A DNA stretch of 54,104 nt, from assembly GCA_017453485.1 (NCBI GenBank), contig JAFTEW010000055.1, positions 1 to 54,104 on the forward strand. Reading direction: 5' to 3'. The first letter of the stretch is position 1; each line of letters begins with the position of its first letter. The position numbers and the translations under genes are program-made. This stretch comes from Alphaproteobacteria bacterium. Lineage in GTDB: Bacteria; Pseudomonadota; Alphaproteobacteria; CAAHEQ01; UBA3637. This document shows positions 16,806 to 26,295 of the stretch, piece by piece. The notes under the pieces are model-generated. The model was not told where the DNA came from, searched no databases, and saw only the letters and a program-made list of their open reading frames with translations.

Positions 16806-18123
16806 CGGAAATCTCCTGTGGTATTAAATGATTTGATGAAGGCTTAAATAAAGAGTCAGCCCGGACGGCAGGCAGGGCCGGAGCCAGTTGTCGAACGACC
16901 AAATCTTGTTGCCAATCGGGGTGTTGGGATAAATATATCAGTGCCCATCGGGATTCATCAATTTCTCCGACACACTCAAAGGGTTTATGTCCCGATAGCC
17001 CCAACAATTCCTGATAACCGGTGATTTGCTCGGCTTCGTTTAACGGATTTCGTCCCATAATCCGAATTAAAGTATCTCGTTTTATAAAGGGAGCCAATAT
17101 CAAAAAAACGAAACGACATTTGTCACACACACTGCACCACCGGTTCAGGCGCTGTGTCTCGTCTAATTTAAAGGCTTTATTACAACTGGTAAAAATCGGA
17201 AAATAATCGGCGCATCGTTCGGCAAACAGTTTGGCAATATGGACTTCGGACAATGGGCGTAGCAGTGAAAAATAACGAAAATCCGGCGTAATCGTTTGCG
17301 TCAGTTGATAAAAATCTCGTTCAAAATCAAAAGATTTACTGTATTGATGGTTAATATCCAAATCCCCCTGATGCAGGTTGCCGATATTGGCCGACCGTTC
17401 GCATGACATGATGACGTATCTTTTATCGTATAAAATAGCCGCTGCCCAAAGAATAAAGGCTAAGATACCGGTAATGGGAACATGCCCGTTATAAACGTTT
17501 TCCGATTTGTTCAGAGAGAGCAATAGCGGGTCAATTTGCCGTTTTAATACGAGGGATGGCAATCCCGATTGTTTCATACATTCCCGAATGGGACGTGGCT
17601 CTCCGACGGCAACGGTCATGGCCGGTAAATCCGTTTGCTTAATCAGTTCTGTCGTGACGCAGGAATCTTTTCCGCCCCCGATGGGAATAAAGGCGTTATA
17701 GGGCAAATTTAAATTAACACTTATTCGGGCGGCGGTTGATGCTGTCGGGAAATGGATCTTTCCTTGTAAATTTAAATGATTGCGAACGGCAAATTCACCC
17801 AATCCATTCAAGTAAAAACGATTAAAAAAAAGCGCTTCCGATTCAGTCAGACCACCCGTTTCAATGATTATTTTTTCGGGTAAAAATGCTTTGTAATAAC
17901 TAATCCCTGCAGCAATATGCAATAAGGCAAAAATTTGATTCAGGGCCTGCTTTTTTTTGGCAGACAAAGCAAACGGTCCGCCGGGAAATGTGACGGTTTC
18001 TGTCCATTCATACCGATCATCTGTCCCATATGTCAGGGATAAAACGCCGGTTTCGGGTAAAAATTTAACCGTTTTATAATAAAAAGCCTTGCACAAAATC
18101 TTTTTTCCTTTTAAAATACACAA
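16780..18123 (-). CDS. PP-loop/QueC-like ATP-utilising protein coupled to murD; candidate MurL (UDP-MurNAc-L-Ala-L-Glu epimerase)
   Basis: 447 aa with a PP-loop-like IPIGGGKDSCVT motif (compare SGGxDS) and a Cys cluster WCSVCDKCRF resembling the QueC zinc motif. Its stop overlaps the murD start, which implies co-translation. Confidence 0.45.
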   Translation of the reverse strand: MCILKGKKILCKAFYYKTVKFLPETGVLSLTYGTDDRYEWTETVTFPGGPFALSAKKKQALNQIFALLHIAAGISYYKAFLPEKIIIETGGLTESEALFFNRFYLNGLGEFAVRNHLNLQGKIHFPTASTAARISVNLNLPYNAFIPIGGGKDSCVTTELIKQTDLPAMTVAVGEPRPIRECMKQSGLPSLVLKRQIDPLLLSLNKSENVYNGHVPITGILAFILWAAAILYDKRYVIMSCERSANIGNLHQGDLDINHQYSKSFDFERDFYQLTQTITPDFRYFSLLRPLSEVHIAKLFAERCADYFPIFTSCNKAFKLDETQRLNRWCSVCDKCRFVFLILAPFIKRDTLIRIMGRNPLNEAEQITGYQELLGLSGHKPFECVGEIDESRWALIYLSQHPDWQQDLVVRQLAPALPAVRADSLFKPSSNHLIPQEISDVLVEFNR

Positions 18124-18174
18124 TCAGATAAGGCGCATTCTACACGCGTTTTTGTGATTTTGCAAGAGGCATCT

Positions 18175-18678
18175 ATGAAAAGGACATCCGTTCTGTCGGA
18201 TTTTATGTTGGTTTTACTTATTCTATCAATAGTGGCTGTGGGGTGTTTTGCCTTGCGGGATGTTTTGCGAACACCGACGGATTATTGGTATCTGGCCCGA
18301 GAACAAATTGCGGCCGAAAACTATCCGTTGGCGGCCCGGTATTTAACACGGGCCGCGGACAAAGGATTGCCCCAGGCGCAGTTTGCTCTGGCAACAATGT
18401 ATGATGTTGGTGATAAAATACCGGAAAATAAGGAACTGGCAAAAAAATATATGGAGCTGGCTGTTCGAAGTGATTATCCGCCGGCCCTGTATGCAATGGG
18501 GGTTTGGATGGAACGGGGATATTACGGCCACCCCGATATGGACAAGGTTGTCAACCTGTATCAACGGTCGGCCGAACGGGGATATGTTAATGCTATGAAA
18601 AGTTTAATTGTGCTTTATTCAACCGATAACCCGGAGGGTAAAGCTTATTGGTATCATGAATTGATGAAGGGGATTTAA
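18175..18678 (+). CDS. Sel1-repeat (TPR-like) protein with N-terminal membrane anchor
   Basis: TM/signal region VLSDFMLVLLILSIVAVGCFAL followed by Sel1 repeats (AADKGLPQAQFALATMYDVG; AVRSDYPPALYAMGVWMERG; SAERGYVNAMKSLIVLY). The ATG at 18175 is preferred over the GTG at 18154. Confidence 0.8.
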   Translation: MKRTSVLSDFMLVLLILSIVAVGCFALRDVLRTPTDYWYLAREQIAAENYPLAARYLTRAADKGLPQAQFALATMYDVGDKIPENKELAKKYMELAVRSDYPPALYAMGVWMERGYYGHPDMDKVVNLYQRSAERGYVNAMKSLIVLYSTDNPEGKAYWYHELMKGI

Positions 18679-18681
18679 TAC

Positions 18682-21225
18682 ATGAAGAATAAAGGAGAAA
18701 AAATGGGATTAAAATATAGAAAAGACTATGTAGCACCGCACTATCGGTTGCCAAAAACAGAATTGGATTTTACATTGGATTTAACCGACACGGTTGTCAA
18801 ATCCAAGCTGTCTTTTGCGGATTACAACATTCAAAAACCGCTGATCTTAAACGGTGAATATATGGAATTGACCGAGATTAAACTGGATGGTAAGGCATTA
18901 CCCGATTCGGATTATCGGGTGGATGAACATACGCTAACATTAAATCCGAACAAAAAATCTTTTGTTTTGGAAACAACAGTGCACATCAATCCGGAAGCCA
19001 ATACCCGCTTGTTTGGGCTGTATGCTTCGGATGGAATGCTGTGCACCCAAAATGAGCCTGAAGGGTTTCGTAGTATCACTTATTATCCCGATCATTCCGA
19101 TGTGCTCAGCCATTGGACGGTGACAATTCATGCCGATCGTCAAAAGTGGCCGGTATTATTGTCAAACGGGAATAAAATTAAGGATTCGGGCAATACGGTT
19201 GTTTTTGAAGATCCGTTTGCTAAGCCCAGTTATTTGTTTGCCTTGGTTGCCGGGGATTTAGACTCCATTCACGATACATTTACAACAAAATCTGGGAAAG
19301 TCGTGAAACTGGGACTTTATTGTGAGACCGGTAAAAAAGACAGACTTTATTGGGCAATGGAAGCTTTGAAAAAAGCGATGGCTTGGGATGAAAAACGGTT
19401 TGGGTTAGAGTATGACCTGAATTCATTTAATATCGTGGCTGTATCGCATTTTAATGCCGGGGCTATGGAAAACAAGTCATTGAATATTTATAATGATGCG
19501 GCATTGTTGGCATCGAAAGATACGGCTACGGACACGACATTTGAATATATTGAACATGTTGTCGGGCACGAGTATTTCCATAATTACAGTGGTGATCGTG
19601 TCACATTACGCAGTTGGTTTGAATTGTCCCTGAAAGAAGGCTTTACCGTCTATCGTGATGAAGAGTTCGGATATGATACACGGTCACGGGCCGTAGGACG
19701 GATTGACGATGTTGTGACTTTACGGACATTCCAGTATCCGGAGGATGACGGCCCTCTGGCCCATCCGGTGCGGCCGGATTCGTATCAGGAAATTGATAAT
19801 TTCTATACAACAACCATCTATGAAAAAGGGGCAGAAGTTATCCGGATGCAACAGGCGATCGTTGGGGATAAAGCCTTTCAAAAGGGGTGTGATATTTACT
19901 TTAAGCGTCATGACGGGCAAGCCGTTACCATTGATGATTTTGTTAAAGCAATAGAAGATGGTTCTGGTGTGGATTTGACGCAGTTTAAATTATGGTATTC
20001 AACACCCGGTCGTCCCAAAGTCAATGTGACGACAAAATGGGACAAGGGCGTGTTTACGGTTCACCTGAAACAGTCACATAAAACTTGTCCGAAACCGTTT
20101 GTCATTCCGCTTCATTACGGATTGGTCGGGAGCAACGGAAAAGATATCAAAACCGGAACGTTTATCCTGAAACAAAAAGAAGAAACATTTGAATTTAAAG
20201 GGCTGAAAGAAAAGCCGGTGCTATCCGTTAATCGGGCGTTTACGGCCCCCGTTGATGTTGAAATATCCTATACCAAACCGGAAAGGTTATTGTTGATGAC
20301 ATATGATTCCGATTTGTTTAATCGATATGATGTTGGTCAGCAATATGCGCTGGACAGCATGGTTGATATGGTGCATCAGAATCGAACGGAACCGGATATG
20401 GATGTAATTCGGGCTTTGGGGTCATATCTGTCGCAACCGAATTTGGATAAAGCCTTTTTGGCACGGGCAATCATTTTGCCGACAGAGGGTGATATGATCG
20501 GTCGTTTGGATATGGTTAATGTGGAAACAGTTAAGGCTGTTCGTCGTGTTATGCGTCAGGCGTTTGCCGATACTTATTGTGATGAATTAAAAGCCATTTA
20601 TGATAACAATCAAACACCCGGCCCATATTCACCGGATGCGGAGCCGGCGGCCAAACGTGCTTTAAAGAATGTGGCGTTGGGGTATTTGGCTTTGACAGAA
20701 CACAAAGATTTGGTTTGGCAACAATACCAAAAATCGGATAATTTGACGGATCGGATATCGGCCCTTAATATATTGGTCAATCAAAATTTACCGCATAAGG
20801 AAGAAGCCCTTGCCGATTTCTATCATCGGTATGACGGGGACGATTTGGTTTTGAATAAATGGTTTGTAATTCAGGCTATGGAACCGGTGGAAGAGACTTT
20901 GGATACGGTCAAAAAACTGTTGGATCATCCGGTCTTTGATTATAAGAATCCGAATAAAGTGCGGGCTCTGTTGGGTGCTTTCGGACGCAATTTGACTGCT
21001 TTTAACCGGGCCGACGGAGAGGGATATCGCTTCTATGCCGGACAATGCGCTTTACTGGATCGAATCAATCCGAAAATCACGTCGAATTTGTTGACTGCCT
21101 TTGCCAAATTTAAAAAATTTGATGTGGCCCATCAGGCGGCTGTTCGGGCGGCATTGAATGAGCTCTTGGCTTTGCCGACATTGTCGGTCAATGCTCGGGA
21201 AACGGTGGAACGTATTTTGGCTTAA
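18682..21225 (+). CDS. pepN: Aminopeptidase N
   Basis: 847 aa with GAMEN (NAGAMENKS) and the zinc motif HEYFHNYSGDRVT...WFELSLKEG. An alternative start is the ATG at 18703. Confidence 0.95.
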   Translation: MKNKGEKMGLKYRKDYVAPHYRLPKTELDFTLDLTDTVVKSKLSFADYNIQKPLILNGEYMELTEIKLDGKALPDSDYRVDEHTLTLNPNKKSFVLETTVHINPEANTRLFGLYASDGMLCTQNEPEGFRSITYYPDHSDVLSHWTVTIHADRQKWPVLLSNGNKIKDSGNTVVFEDPFAKPSYLFALVAGDLDSIHDTFTTKSGKVVKLGLYCETGKKDRLYWAMEALKKAMAWDEKRFGLEYDLNSFNIVAVSHFNAGAMENKSLNIYNDAALLASKDTATDTTFEYIEHVVGHEYFHNYSGDRVTLRSWFELSLKEGFTVYRDEEFGYDTRSRAVGRIDDVVTLRTFQYPEDDGPLAHPVRPDSYQEIDNFYTTTIYEKGAEVIRMQQAIVGDKAFQKGCDIYFKRHDGQAVTIDDFVKAIEDGSGVDLTQFKLWYSTPGRPKVNVTTKWDKGVFTVHLKQSHKTCPKPFVIPLHYGLVGSNGKDIKTGTFILKQKEETFEFKGLKEKPVLSVNRAFTAPVDVEISYTKPERLLLMTYDSDLFNRYDVGQQYALDSMVDMVHQNRTEPDMDVIRALGSYLSQPNLDKAFLARAIILPTEGDMIGRLDMVNVETVKAVRRVMRQAFADTYCDELKAIYDNNQTPGPYSPDAEPAAKRALKNVALGYLALTEHKDLVWQQYQKSDNLTDRISALNILVNQNLPHKEEALADFYHRYDGDDLVLNKWFVIQAMEPVEETLDTVKKLLDHPVFDYKNPNKVRALLGAFGRNLTAFNRADGEGYRFYAGQCALLDRINPKITSNLLTAFAKFKKFDVAHQAAVRAALNELLALPTLSVNARETVERILA

Positions 21226-21247
21226 TCACAGAAAGGAGAATCAAGAG

Positions 21248-21943
21248 ATGGAAAACGTTGAACAAGAAATTACAAAATTGAACGAATGGAATGCTCAGGG
21301 CCGGTTTGCCGAGGTTTTGGCCGAAACAAATACGGATTTGGCAACCATTACGGATGATAATATTGAAGAAGATGTTGCCTCCCTTTATGTGGTTCAGGGG
21401 AATGCTCTATACGGGCTCGGTCGTTTGGAAGAAGCGTTGACGGCTTATGCCAAAGCGATTGAGTTGGATACGTTTGATGTGCAGGCCCGGTGCAATTACG
21501 GATCTACTCTGTATTCGTTGGGGCGGTATGTGGATGCGTTAAATGCTTGTGATGCTGCAATTTTGACGGATGAGGATTTTGCTCCGTCTTATGTTAATGC
21601 AGCCCACTGTCTGGTGGCTTTAAAGCATGAAGAAGAAGCCGTTTATGCTTTGCAGCAGGCTTTCTCGCTGGAACCGGAAAATGCCGAGTTAGGCCGGGTC
21701 GTTGCCGATATGGCCGCAGATTTGGATGATTTTGAGGTTGCTTTGGATACCTACTTAAAGGTGGCGGCACTGCCGGATACAAAGGATGATGTTCAACAAG
21801 CCATTCATGATTTCTTTGTGAAATTTAAGTCCAATCCGGATGTGCCGCGTAATGATTGGATGAAAGGTGTTGACCAATGGCGTTCCGAATTTTCAAATAA
21901 TCCGGAAGTGTTGCGTCTGTCCGGAGAACTGATACGGAGTTGA
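21248..21943 (+). CDS. TPR-repeat protein
   Basis: RBS aaaggagaa lies upstream of the ATG at 21248. Repeated A..Y..AIELD / A...C.AAI / A...LQQAFSLEP TPR signatures. Confidence 0.75.
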   Translation: MENVEQEITKLNEWNAQGRFAEVLAETNTDLATITDDNIEEDVASLYVVQGNALYGLGRLEEALTAYAKAIELDTFDVQARCNYGSTLYSLGRYVDALNACDAAILTDEDFAPSYVNAAHCLVALKHEEEAVYALQQAFSLEPENAELGRVVADMAADLDDFEVALDTYLKVAALPDTKDDVQQAIHDFFVKFKSNPDVPRNDWMKGVDQWRSEFSNNPEVLRLSGELIRS

Positions 21944-21951
21944 TAAAAAAG

Positions 21952-21980
21952 TTGCTTTTTATCCGAAATCGGTGTATATT
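21952..21980 (+). promoter_or_regulatory. Sigma70-type promoter upstream of ssb: TTGCTT, 17-nt spacer, TATATT
   Basis: The -35 is at 21952-21957 and the -10 at 21975-21980, about 40 nt upstream of the ssb ATG. Confidence 0.4.
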
Positions 21981-22019
21981 CAAAACTGAATTGTTTAATT
22001 TTTAAGAAAGGATAATCAC

Positions 22020-22496
22020 ATGGCAGGCAGTATTAATAAAGTTGTTTTGGTCGGAAATTTGGGCCGTGATCCGGAAATTCGTCATACTAATGCAGGACAA
22101 AAAATTGCTCATTTATCGGTGGCAACATCGGATACCTGGCGCGATAAGAACGGTGAACGGCAAGAACGTACCGAATGGCATCGGGTTGTTATTTTTAACA
22201 ACACATTGGCAGAATTGGCGGAAAAGTATCTGCGTAAGGGATCAAAAATATATGTAGAAGGCTCATTACAGACACGGAAGTTTCAGGATGCTTCGGGACA
22301 AGATAAGTATACGACAGAAATTGTCCTCAGTTCCTATCGCGGAGAATTGGTGATGTTGGATAATCGTAATGGTTCACCATTTGATAATGCGGCGTCGACT
22401 GCTTCGGATATGTCGACGGATAATACAGCCTCTAATGGTTGGGATTCGGCCCCGACGGAGACAAATGGCGGATTTGATGATGAGATTCCGTTCTGA
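22020..22496 (+). CDS. ssb: Single-stranded DNA-binding protein
   Basis: OB-fold N-terminus [20 protein letters not shown]...TEWHRVVIF, a Gly/Asn/Ser-rich linker and the acidic tail DDEIPF. Confidence 0.96.
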   Translation: MAGSINKVVLVGNLGRDPEIRHTNAGQKIAHLSVATSDTWRDKNGERQERTEWHRVVIFNNTLAELAEKYLRKGSKIYVEGSLQTRKFQDASGQDKYTTEIVLSSYRGELVMLDNRNGSPFDNAASTASDMSTDNTASNGWDSAPTETNGGFDDEIPF

Positions 22497-22517
22497 TCGT
22501 AGTTTATCATAAAAAAA

Positions 22518-22543
22518 ACCGGCCTTTTGTGGCCGGTTTTTTT
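22518..22543. terminator. Bidirectional rho-independent terminator shared by ssb (+) and rnpB (-)
   Basis: Stem accggcc / ggccggt with loop ttttgt, flanked by an A8 run upstream and a T7 run downstream. Confidence 0.75.
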
Positions 22544-22544
22544 A

Positions 22545-22913
22545 GGTCAGACAACCTGTAAGCCGGGTTTTGTCGGGGATAATCATTCGTCTGGGACGGA
22601 CATTACTGGCCGCCTCTAGCGACTTACCTCTTGTTGCCCGGGCAGAAATACCCGTTTGACGAAAAATAAATTTTCGGACAACTTCACTTAGTCTTGCTTC
22701 CGATAGGGTTTGTCAGGCCACCTTTGTTACCAAAAGTGCGGTGGGCTTTTACCCCGCCGTTTCATCCGTTCCATGGCATGCCATGGTGGTTTGTTTTCTG
22801 TGACGCTTTCCGTCGGGTCACCCCGCCCGGACGTTATCCGGTATCGTATTTCTGTGAAGCCCGGACTTTCCTCAAATACCCGAAAGTATCAGCGATTATC
22901 CGGCTGTCTGACC
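22545..22913 (-). ncRNA. rnpB: RNase P RNA, bacterial type A
   Basis: On the minus strand I read GAGGAAAGTCCGGGCTTCACAGAAA (P4 5' strand) and ACAAAACCCGGCTTACAGG (P4 3' strand). P1 pairs ggtcagacagcc (5') with ggttgtctgacc (3'). The length of ~369 nt fits. The ORFs at 22694-22939 and 22710-23021 are artefacts over this RNA. Confidence 0.9.
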
Positions 22914-22965
22914 GACAACAGGATATCAAAAAAAAATAGATTTGTCAAGGTGTTTTACGGGGCCC

Positions 22966-23349
22966 TTAACAGTGCGAACGGGGCTCCTGAAAAATCTGAT
23001 AAACTTCCTGATAGGGAATAACAACCGTATGATCCTGAGGCAATTGTTTTGATGCCGTTACGGTTAGCCATCCGTGTGATGAAGCGGCTAAGGCCAGCAA
23101 TGCGTGAATAATCTTTGTTTCTTCCCGACGTGGCAAATTGGATGATGCGCTCATAAAGAACGGTTCAATCGGTTTTTCAATCCGTTTCATTTGAATGTAA
23201 AAACCGCTTAAACAAGATAATCGAACCATTTTTTGAATATCTTCAAAATCCGTTGCTAAATCCCGAGATAAACTTAACTGTCCGATATGGATAGTGGCTT
23301 TCCCGGTTTGATTCCAGTATTGTTGTATTGATTGTTCTGCTTCTGTCAT
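22966..23349 (-). CDS. Hypothetical protein (127 aa)
   Basis: Clean ORF between rnpB and rplT with no recognisable motif. Confidence 0.45.
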   Translation of the reverse strand: MTEAEQSIQQYWNQTGKATIHIGQLSLSRDLATDFEDIQKMVRLSCLSGFYIQMKRIEKPIEPFFMSASSNLPRREETKIIHALLALAASSHGWLTVTASKQLPQDHTVVIPYQEVYQIFQEPRSHC

Positions 23350-23411
23350 AAAAATTCTTTATCCTTGATAAGGATATTTTATCATGAATCGCCATTTTGT
23401 CAAGTGTTCTT

Positions 23412-23445
23412 AAAAAAAAGGTCTCTGTCCGAGGGCAGAGACCCC
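23412..23445 (-). terminator. Rho-independent terminator after rplT
   Basis: On the minus strand, ggggtctctgccctcggacagagacc is followed by tttttttt (stem ggtctctg / cagagacc). Confidence 0.75.
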
Positions 23446-23461
23446 TTATTTGCGATATAAA

Positions 23462-23815
23462 TTATAAAGCCGCTTTGGCTTTTTCAACCAATTCGGCAAA
23501 GGCTTTTGCATCATTCAAAGCAATATCTGCCAGAACCTTGCGGTCCAAAGCAATACCGGCTTTGGCCAGGCCGTTCATGAATTTCGAATAAACCATTCCG
23601 TTTGCGCGAACAGCCGCATTAATGCGGACAATCCACAATTGACGGATTTCGGTTCTCTTTTTCCGACGATCCCGATAAGCATATTTCAAACCTTTTTCAA
23701 CTTTTTCTTTTGCAACGGTGTAAACCTTAGAATTACGGCCGCGATAGCCTTTGGCTAATTTTAAGATTTTATTATGTTTTGCACGAACAATCGTGCCGCG
23801 TTTAACTCTTGCCAT
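23462..23815 (-). CDS. rplT: 50S ribosomal protein L20
   Basis: [27 protein letters not shown]... is a canonical L20 sequence. Confidence 0.97.
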   Translation of the reverse strand: MARVKRGTIVRAKHNKILKLAKGYRGRNSKVYTVAKEKVEKGLKYAYRDRRKKRTEIRQLWIVRINAAVRANGMVYSKFMNGLAKAGIALDRKVLADIALNDAKAFAELVEKAKAAL

Positions 23816-23827
23816 TGTGAAACCTCC

Positions 23828-24019
23828 TTAATGCAAAAACTTTTTAACGATGTTGGAAACAACGGTCGTCAGAACATGACTGCCGCGGGCATTCCGTTTC
23901 ATCTTTTTGGGTTTATTCATTAACAGGTGGCGTTTGGCAACGTATCCGCCTTTAATTTTTCCGGTTGCTGTTGTTTTAAAGCGTTTTTTGATAGCGCTCT
24001 TACTTTTTAATTTTGGCAT
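23828..24019 (-). CDS. rpmI: 50S ribosomal protein L35
   Basis: [23 protein letters not shown]... is a canonical L35 sequence, 63 aa. Confidence 0.95.
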   Translation of the reverse strand: MPKLKSKSAIKKRFKTTATGKIKGGYVAKRHLLMNKPKKMKRNARGSHVLTTVVSNIVKKFLH

Positions 24020-24105
24020 TTTCTTTTCCTTATAAAGTCAAAAGTTGTTAAAAAACGGGCGGAAGGCAGCCAATTTTATTTCAGCCTCTTTGCCCAAACA
24101 GGGGC

Positions 24106-24134
24106 AGTATAGTCTATTTTATTTCAAATGTCAA
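24106..24134 (-). promoter_or_regulatory. Near-consensus sigma70 promoter for rpmI-rplT: TTGACA, 17-nt spacer, TATACT
   Basis: On the minus strand the -35 ttgaca is at 24134-24129 and the -10 tatact at 24111-24106. This predicts a ~80-nt 5' leader before the rpmI ATG. Confidence 0.55.
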
Positions 24135-24233
24135 GAGAATAATCAAATTGACAGGTTTTATACACAATGTGATAAAACTTGATTTTTTGACATTTTTGGG
24201 TTAAACTGCGACTTAATCTTAAAAGGAAAGTCT

Positions 24234-25427
24234 ATGCAGATTATTACGTTCGGATGTCGATTGAATGCCTTTGAAACGGCTGTGATGAAGCAGTTGGCGA
24301 ATGAGGCATTGGATGATGTTATCTTAATCCATACATGCGCCGTGACGGCCGAAGCCGAACGCCAATGTCGCCAGGCCGTGCGTCAGACAGCCCGTAAAAA
24401 TCCCGATAAAAAAATCATTGTGGCCGGTTGTGCTGCACAATTACATCCGGAAGTGTTTGCCGCAATGCCAGAAGTTTTTCGTGTCTTGGGAAATCATGAA
24501 AAATTGACGCGAGAAACGTTGCTTCACGGGGGACGGGTGCAGGTCGGTGATTTAGAAGAACCACAACCGCTTCTTCCGATTTTGAAACAATTTGACGGCC
24601 GGGACCGGGCGTTTTTGCAAATCCAACAGGGATGTAATCATGCCTGCACTTTTTGTATTGTGCGTCAATTACGTGGACGTAACCAGGGACTTGCCCCGGA
24701 TCAGGTAATTGAACAAGCACGTATTTTTGTTCAAAACGGCTTTTCCGAAATTGTGTTGACCGGGGTGGACGTGGCTTCGTATCCGCAGGGATTATGGATG
24801 ATTACAAAACGTTTATTGAACGAGGTGGATGGTTTGAAACGGCTTCGTTTCGGGTCATTGGATCCGGCCGGGGTCGGGGATGAATTTTTAGATTTGATGG
24901 CTAAATATCCCGCGTTGATGCCGGCGGTTCATTTATCAATTCAGGCCGGTGATAACCTGATTTTGAAACGGATGGGTCGGCGACATACATTTGAAGATGT
25001 AATTTCCTTTGCTGAAAAATTAAGACAGGTTAATCCTCTGGCAACAATCGGAGCGGATGTTATCGCCGGATTTCCGACAGAAACGGAAGATCAATTTAAG
25101 CAAACATTAACTTTGATTAAGGCGGCTGATATAGCCCATGTTCATGTGTTTCCTTATTCGGCCCGTGAGGGGACACCGGCAGCAAAAATGCCACCTGTTC
25201 CCAAAAATATTCGTGCGCAGCGAGCCGAGCAAGTCAGAGTCTTAGGAGCAATAATTTATCAAAAATGGCTTGACAAAATGGTTGGACAAACGGTATCTGT
25301 ATTGGTAGAACAAAACGGAACCGGATATACGGAAAATTATTTGCCGGTGCGGGTATCAAAGGGACTGTCCGGTCAAATCATAACCGGCTGTATCCGAGGA
25401 AAGGAAGGAAATGAGTTGGTTTTCTAA
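24234..25427 (+). CDS. mtaB: Radical-SAM tRNA methylthiotransferase, MtaB-like
   Basis: UPF0004 N-terminal domain (ITFGCRLNAFE) and a radical SAM CxxxCxxC motif (GCNHACTFC). At 397 aa it is shorter than MiaB or RimO. Confidence 0.8.
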   Translation: MQIITFGCRLNAFETAVMKQLANEALDDVILIHTCAVTAEAERQCRQAVRQTARKNPDKKIIVAGCAAQLHPEVFAAMPEVFRVLGNHEKLTRETLLHGGRVQVGDLEEPQPLLPILKQFDGRDRAFLQIQQGCNHACTFCIVRQLRGRNQGLAPDQVIEQARIFVQNGFSEIVLTGVDVASYPQGLWMITKRLLNEVDGLKRLRFGSLDPAGVGDEFLDLMAKYPALMPAVHLSIQAGDNLILKRMGRRHTFEDVISFAEKLRQVNPLATIGADVIAGFPTETEDQFKQTLTLIKAADIAHVHVFPYSAREGTPAAKMPPVPKNIRAQRAEQVRVLGAIIYQKWLDKMVGQTVSVLVEQNGTGYTENYLPVRVSKGLSGQIITGCIRGKEGNELVF

Positions 25428-26295
25428 ATTAAAGCAGGGATTATCCAAAACGGCTTCTCTTTTTTCGTTTAATCGGGTTGATGCAGCGGATCTGGAAATA
25501 ATGGAAGAAGCCTTAATTCGGTCTGATGTCGGCTATCAAACGGCCACGGAAATAATGGAGTGTGTGCGTCGTCAAAAACCGGCAGACGGAGAATCACTTT
25601 ATAAAATTTTATCAGAACAATTGATCCGAAAAATGGAACCGGTGGCTAAGCCGTTGCTCGTTGATCGAAATAAAAAACCGTTTATCATCCTGATGATTGG
25701 CGTAAATGGAGCCGGAAAAACAACTACAATCGGCAAGTTAGGACACTTTTATCAGCAACAGGGGCTGAAAGTCGCCTTTGTGGCGGCGGATACTTTTCGG
25801 GCCGGAGCAACGGAGCAGTTATGTCGGTGGGGGGAAAGACTCTCTTGTCCCGTCTATACGGGGAATCCGGGTGCCGATGCGGCCGGTTTGGTTTTTGATG
25901 CCGTCCGAAAAAGTCAGCAGGCCGGAGATGATGTCCTATTTGTTGATACGGCCGGTCGATTACAAAATCGATCCGATTTAATGGATGAATTAAAAAAAAT
26001 CAATCGGGTTATCCGAAAATTGGATGCATCAGCCCCGCAGGCAACGGTTTTGGTATTGGATGCTACGGTTGGTCAAAATGCTTTATCGCAGGTCCAAACG
26101 TTTCGGGACGATATCGGTGTGACAGGTTTAGTCATGACAAAATTGGACGGCACTGCCAAAGGAGGTATTTTGGTTGCTTTGGCGGATCGATTCGAATTGC
26201 CGATTTATGCCATCGGTGTTGGAGAACAAATGGATGATTTGAATGCCTTTACAGCGACGGAATATGTTCAATCCTTGATAGGAGAGCCAAAATGA
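25411..26295 (+). CDS. ftsY: Signal recognition particle receptor FtsY (short form, NG domain only)
   Basis: GTPase motifs GVNGAGKTTTIGKL, DTAGRL and TKLDGTAKGG. There is no acidic A domain. The start overlaps the mtaB end by 17 nt. Confidence 0.93.
   Translation: MSWFSKLKQGLSKTASLFSFNRVDAADLEIMEEALIRSDVGYQTATEIMECVRRQKPADGESLYKILSEQLIRKMEPVAKPLLVDRNKKPFIILMIGVNGAGKTTTIGKLGHFYQQQGLKVAFVAADTFRAGATEQLCRWGERLSCPVYTGNPGADAAGLVFDAVRKSQQAGDDVLFVDTAGRLQNRSDLMDELKKINRVIRKLDASAPQATVLVLDATVGQNALSQVQTFRDDIGVTGLVMTKLDGTAKGGILVALADRFELPIYAIGVGEQMDDLNAFTATEYVQSLIGEPK

Noticed and set aside
22694-23021. Two overlapping plus-strand ORFs (81 and 103 aa)
   Set aside because: They cover the RNase P RNA gene on the opposite strand. 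The conserved P4 and P1 elements explain the sequence better than coding does.
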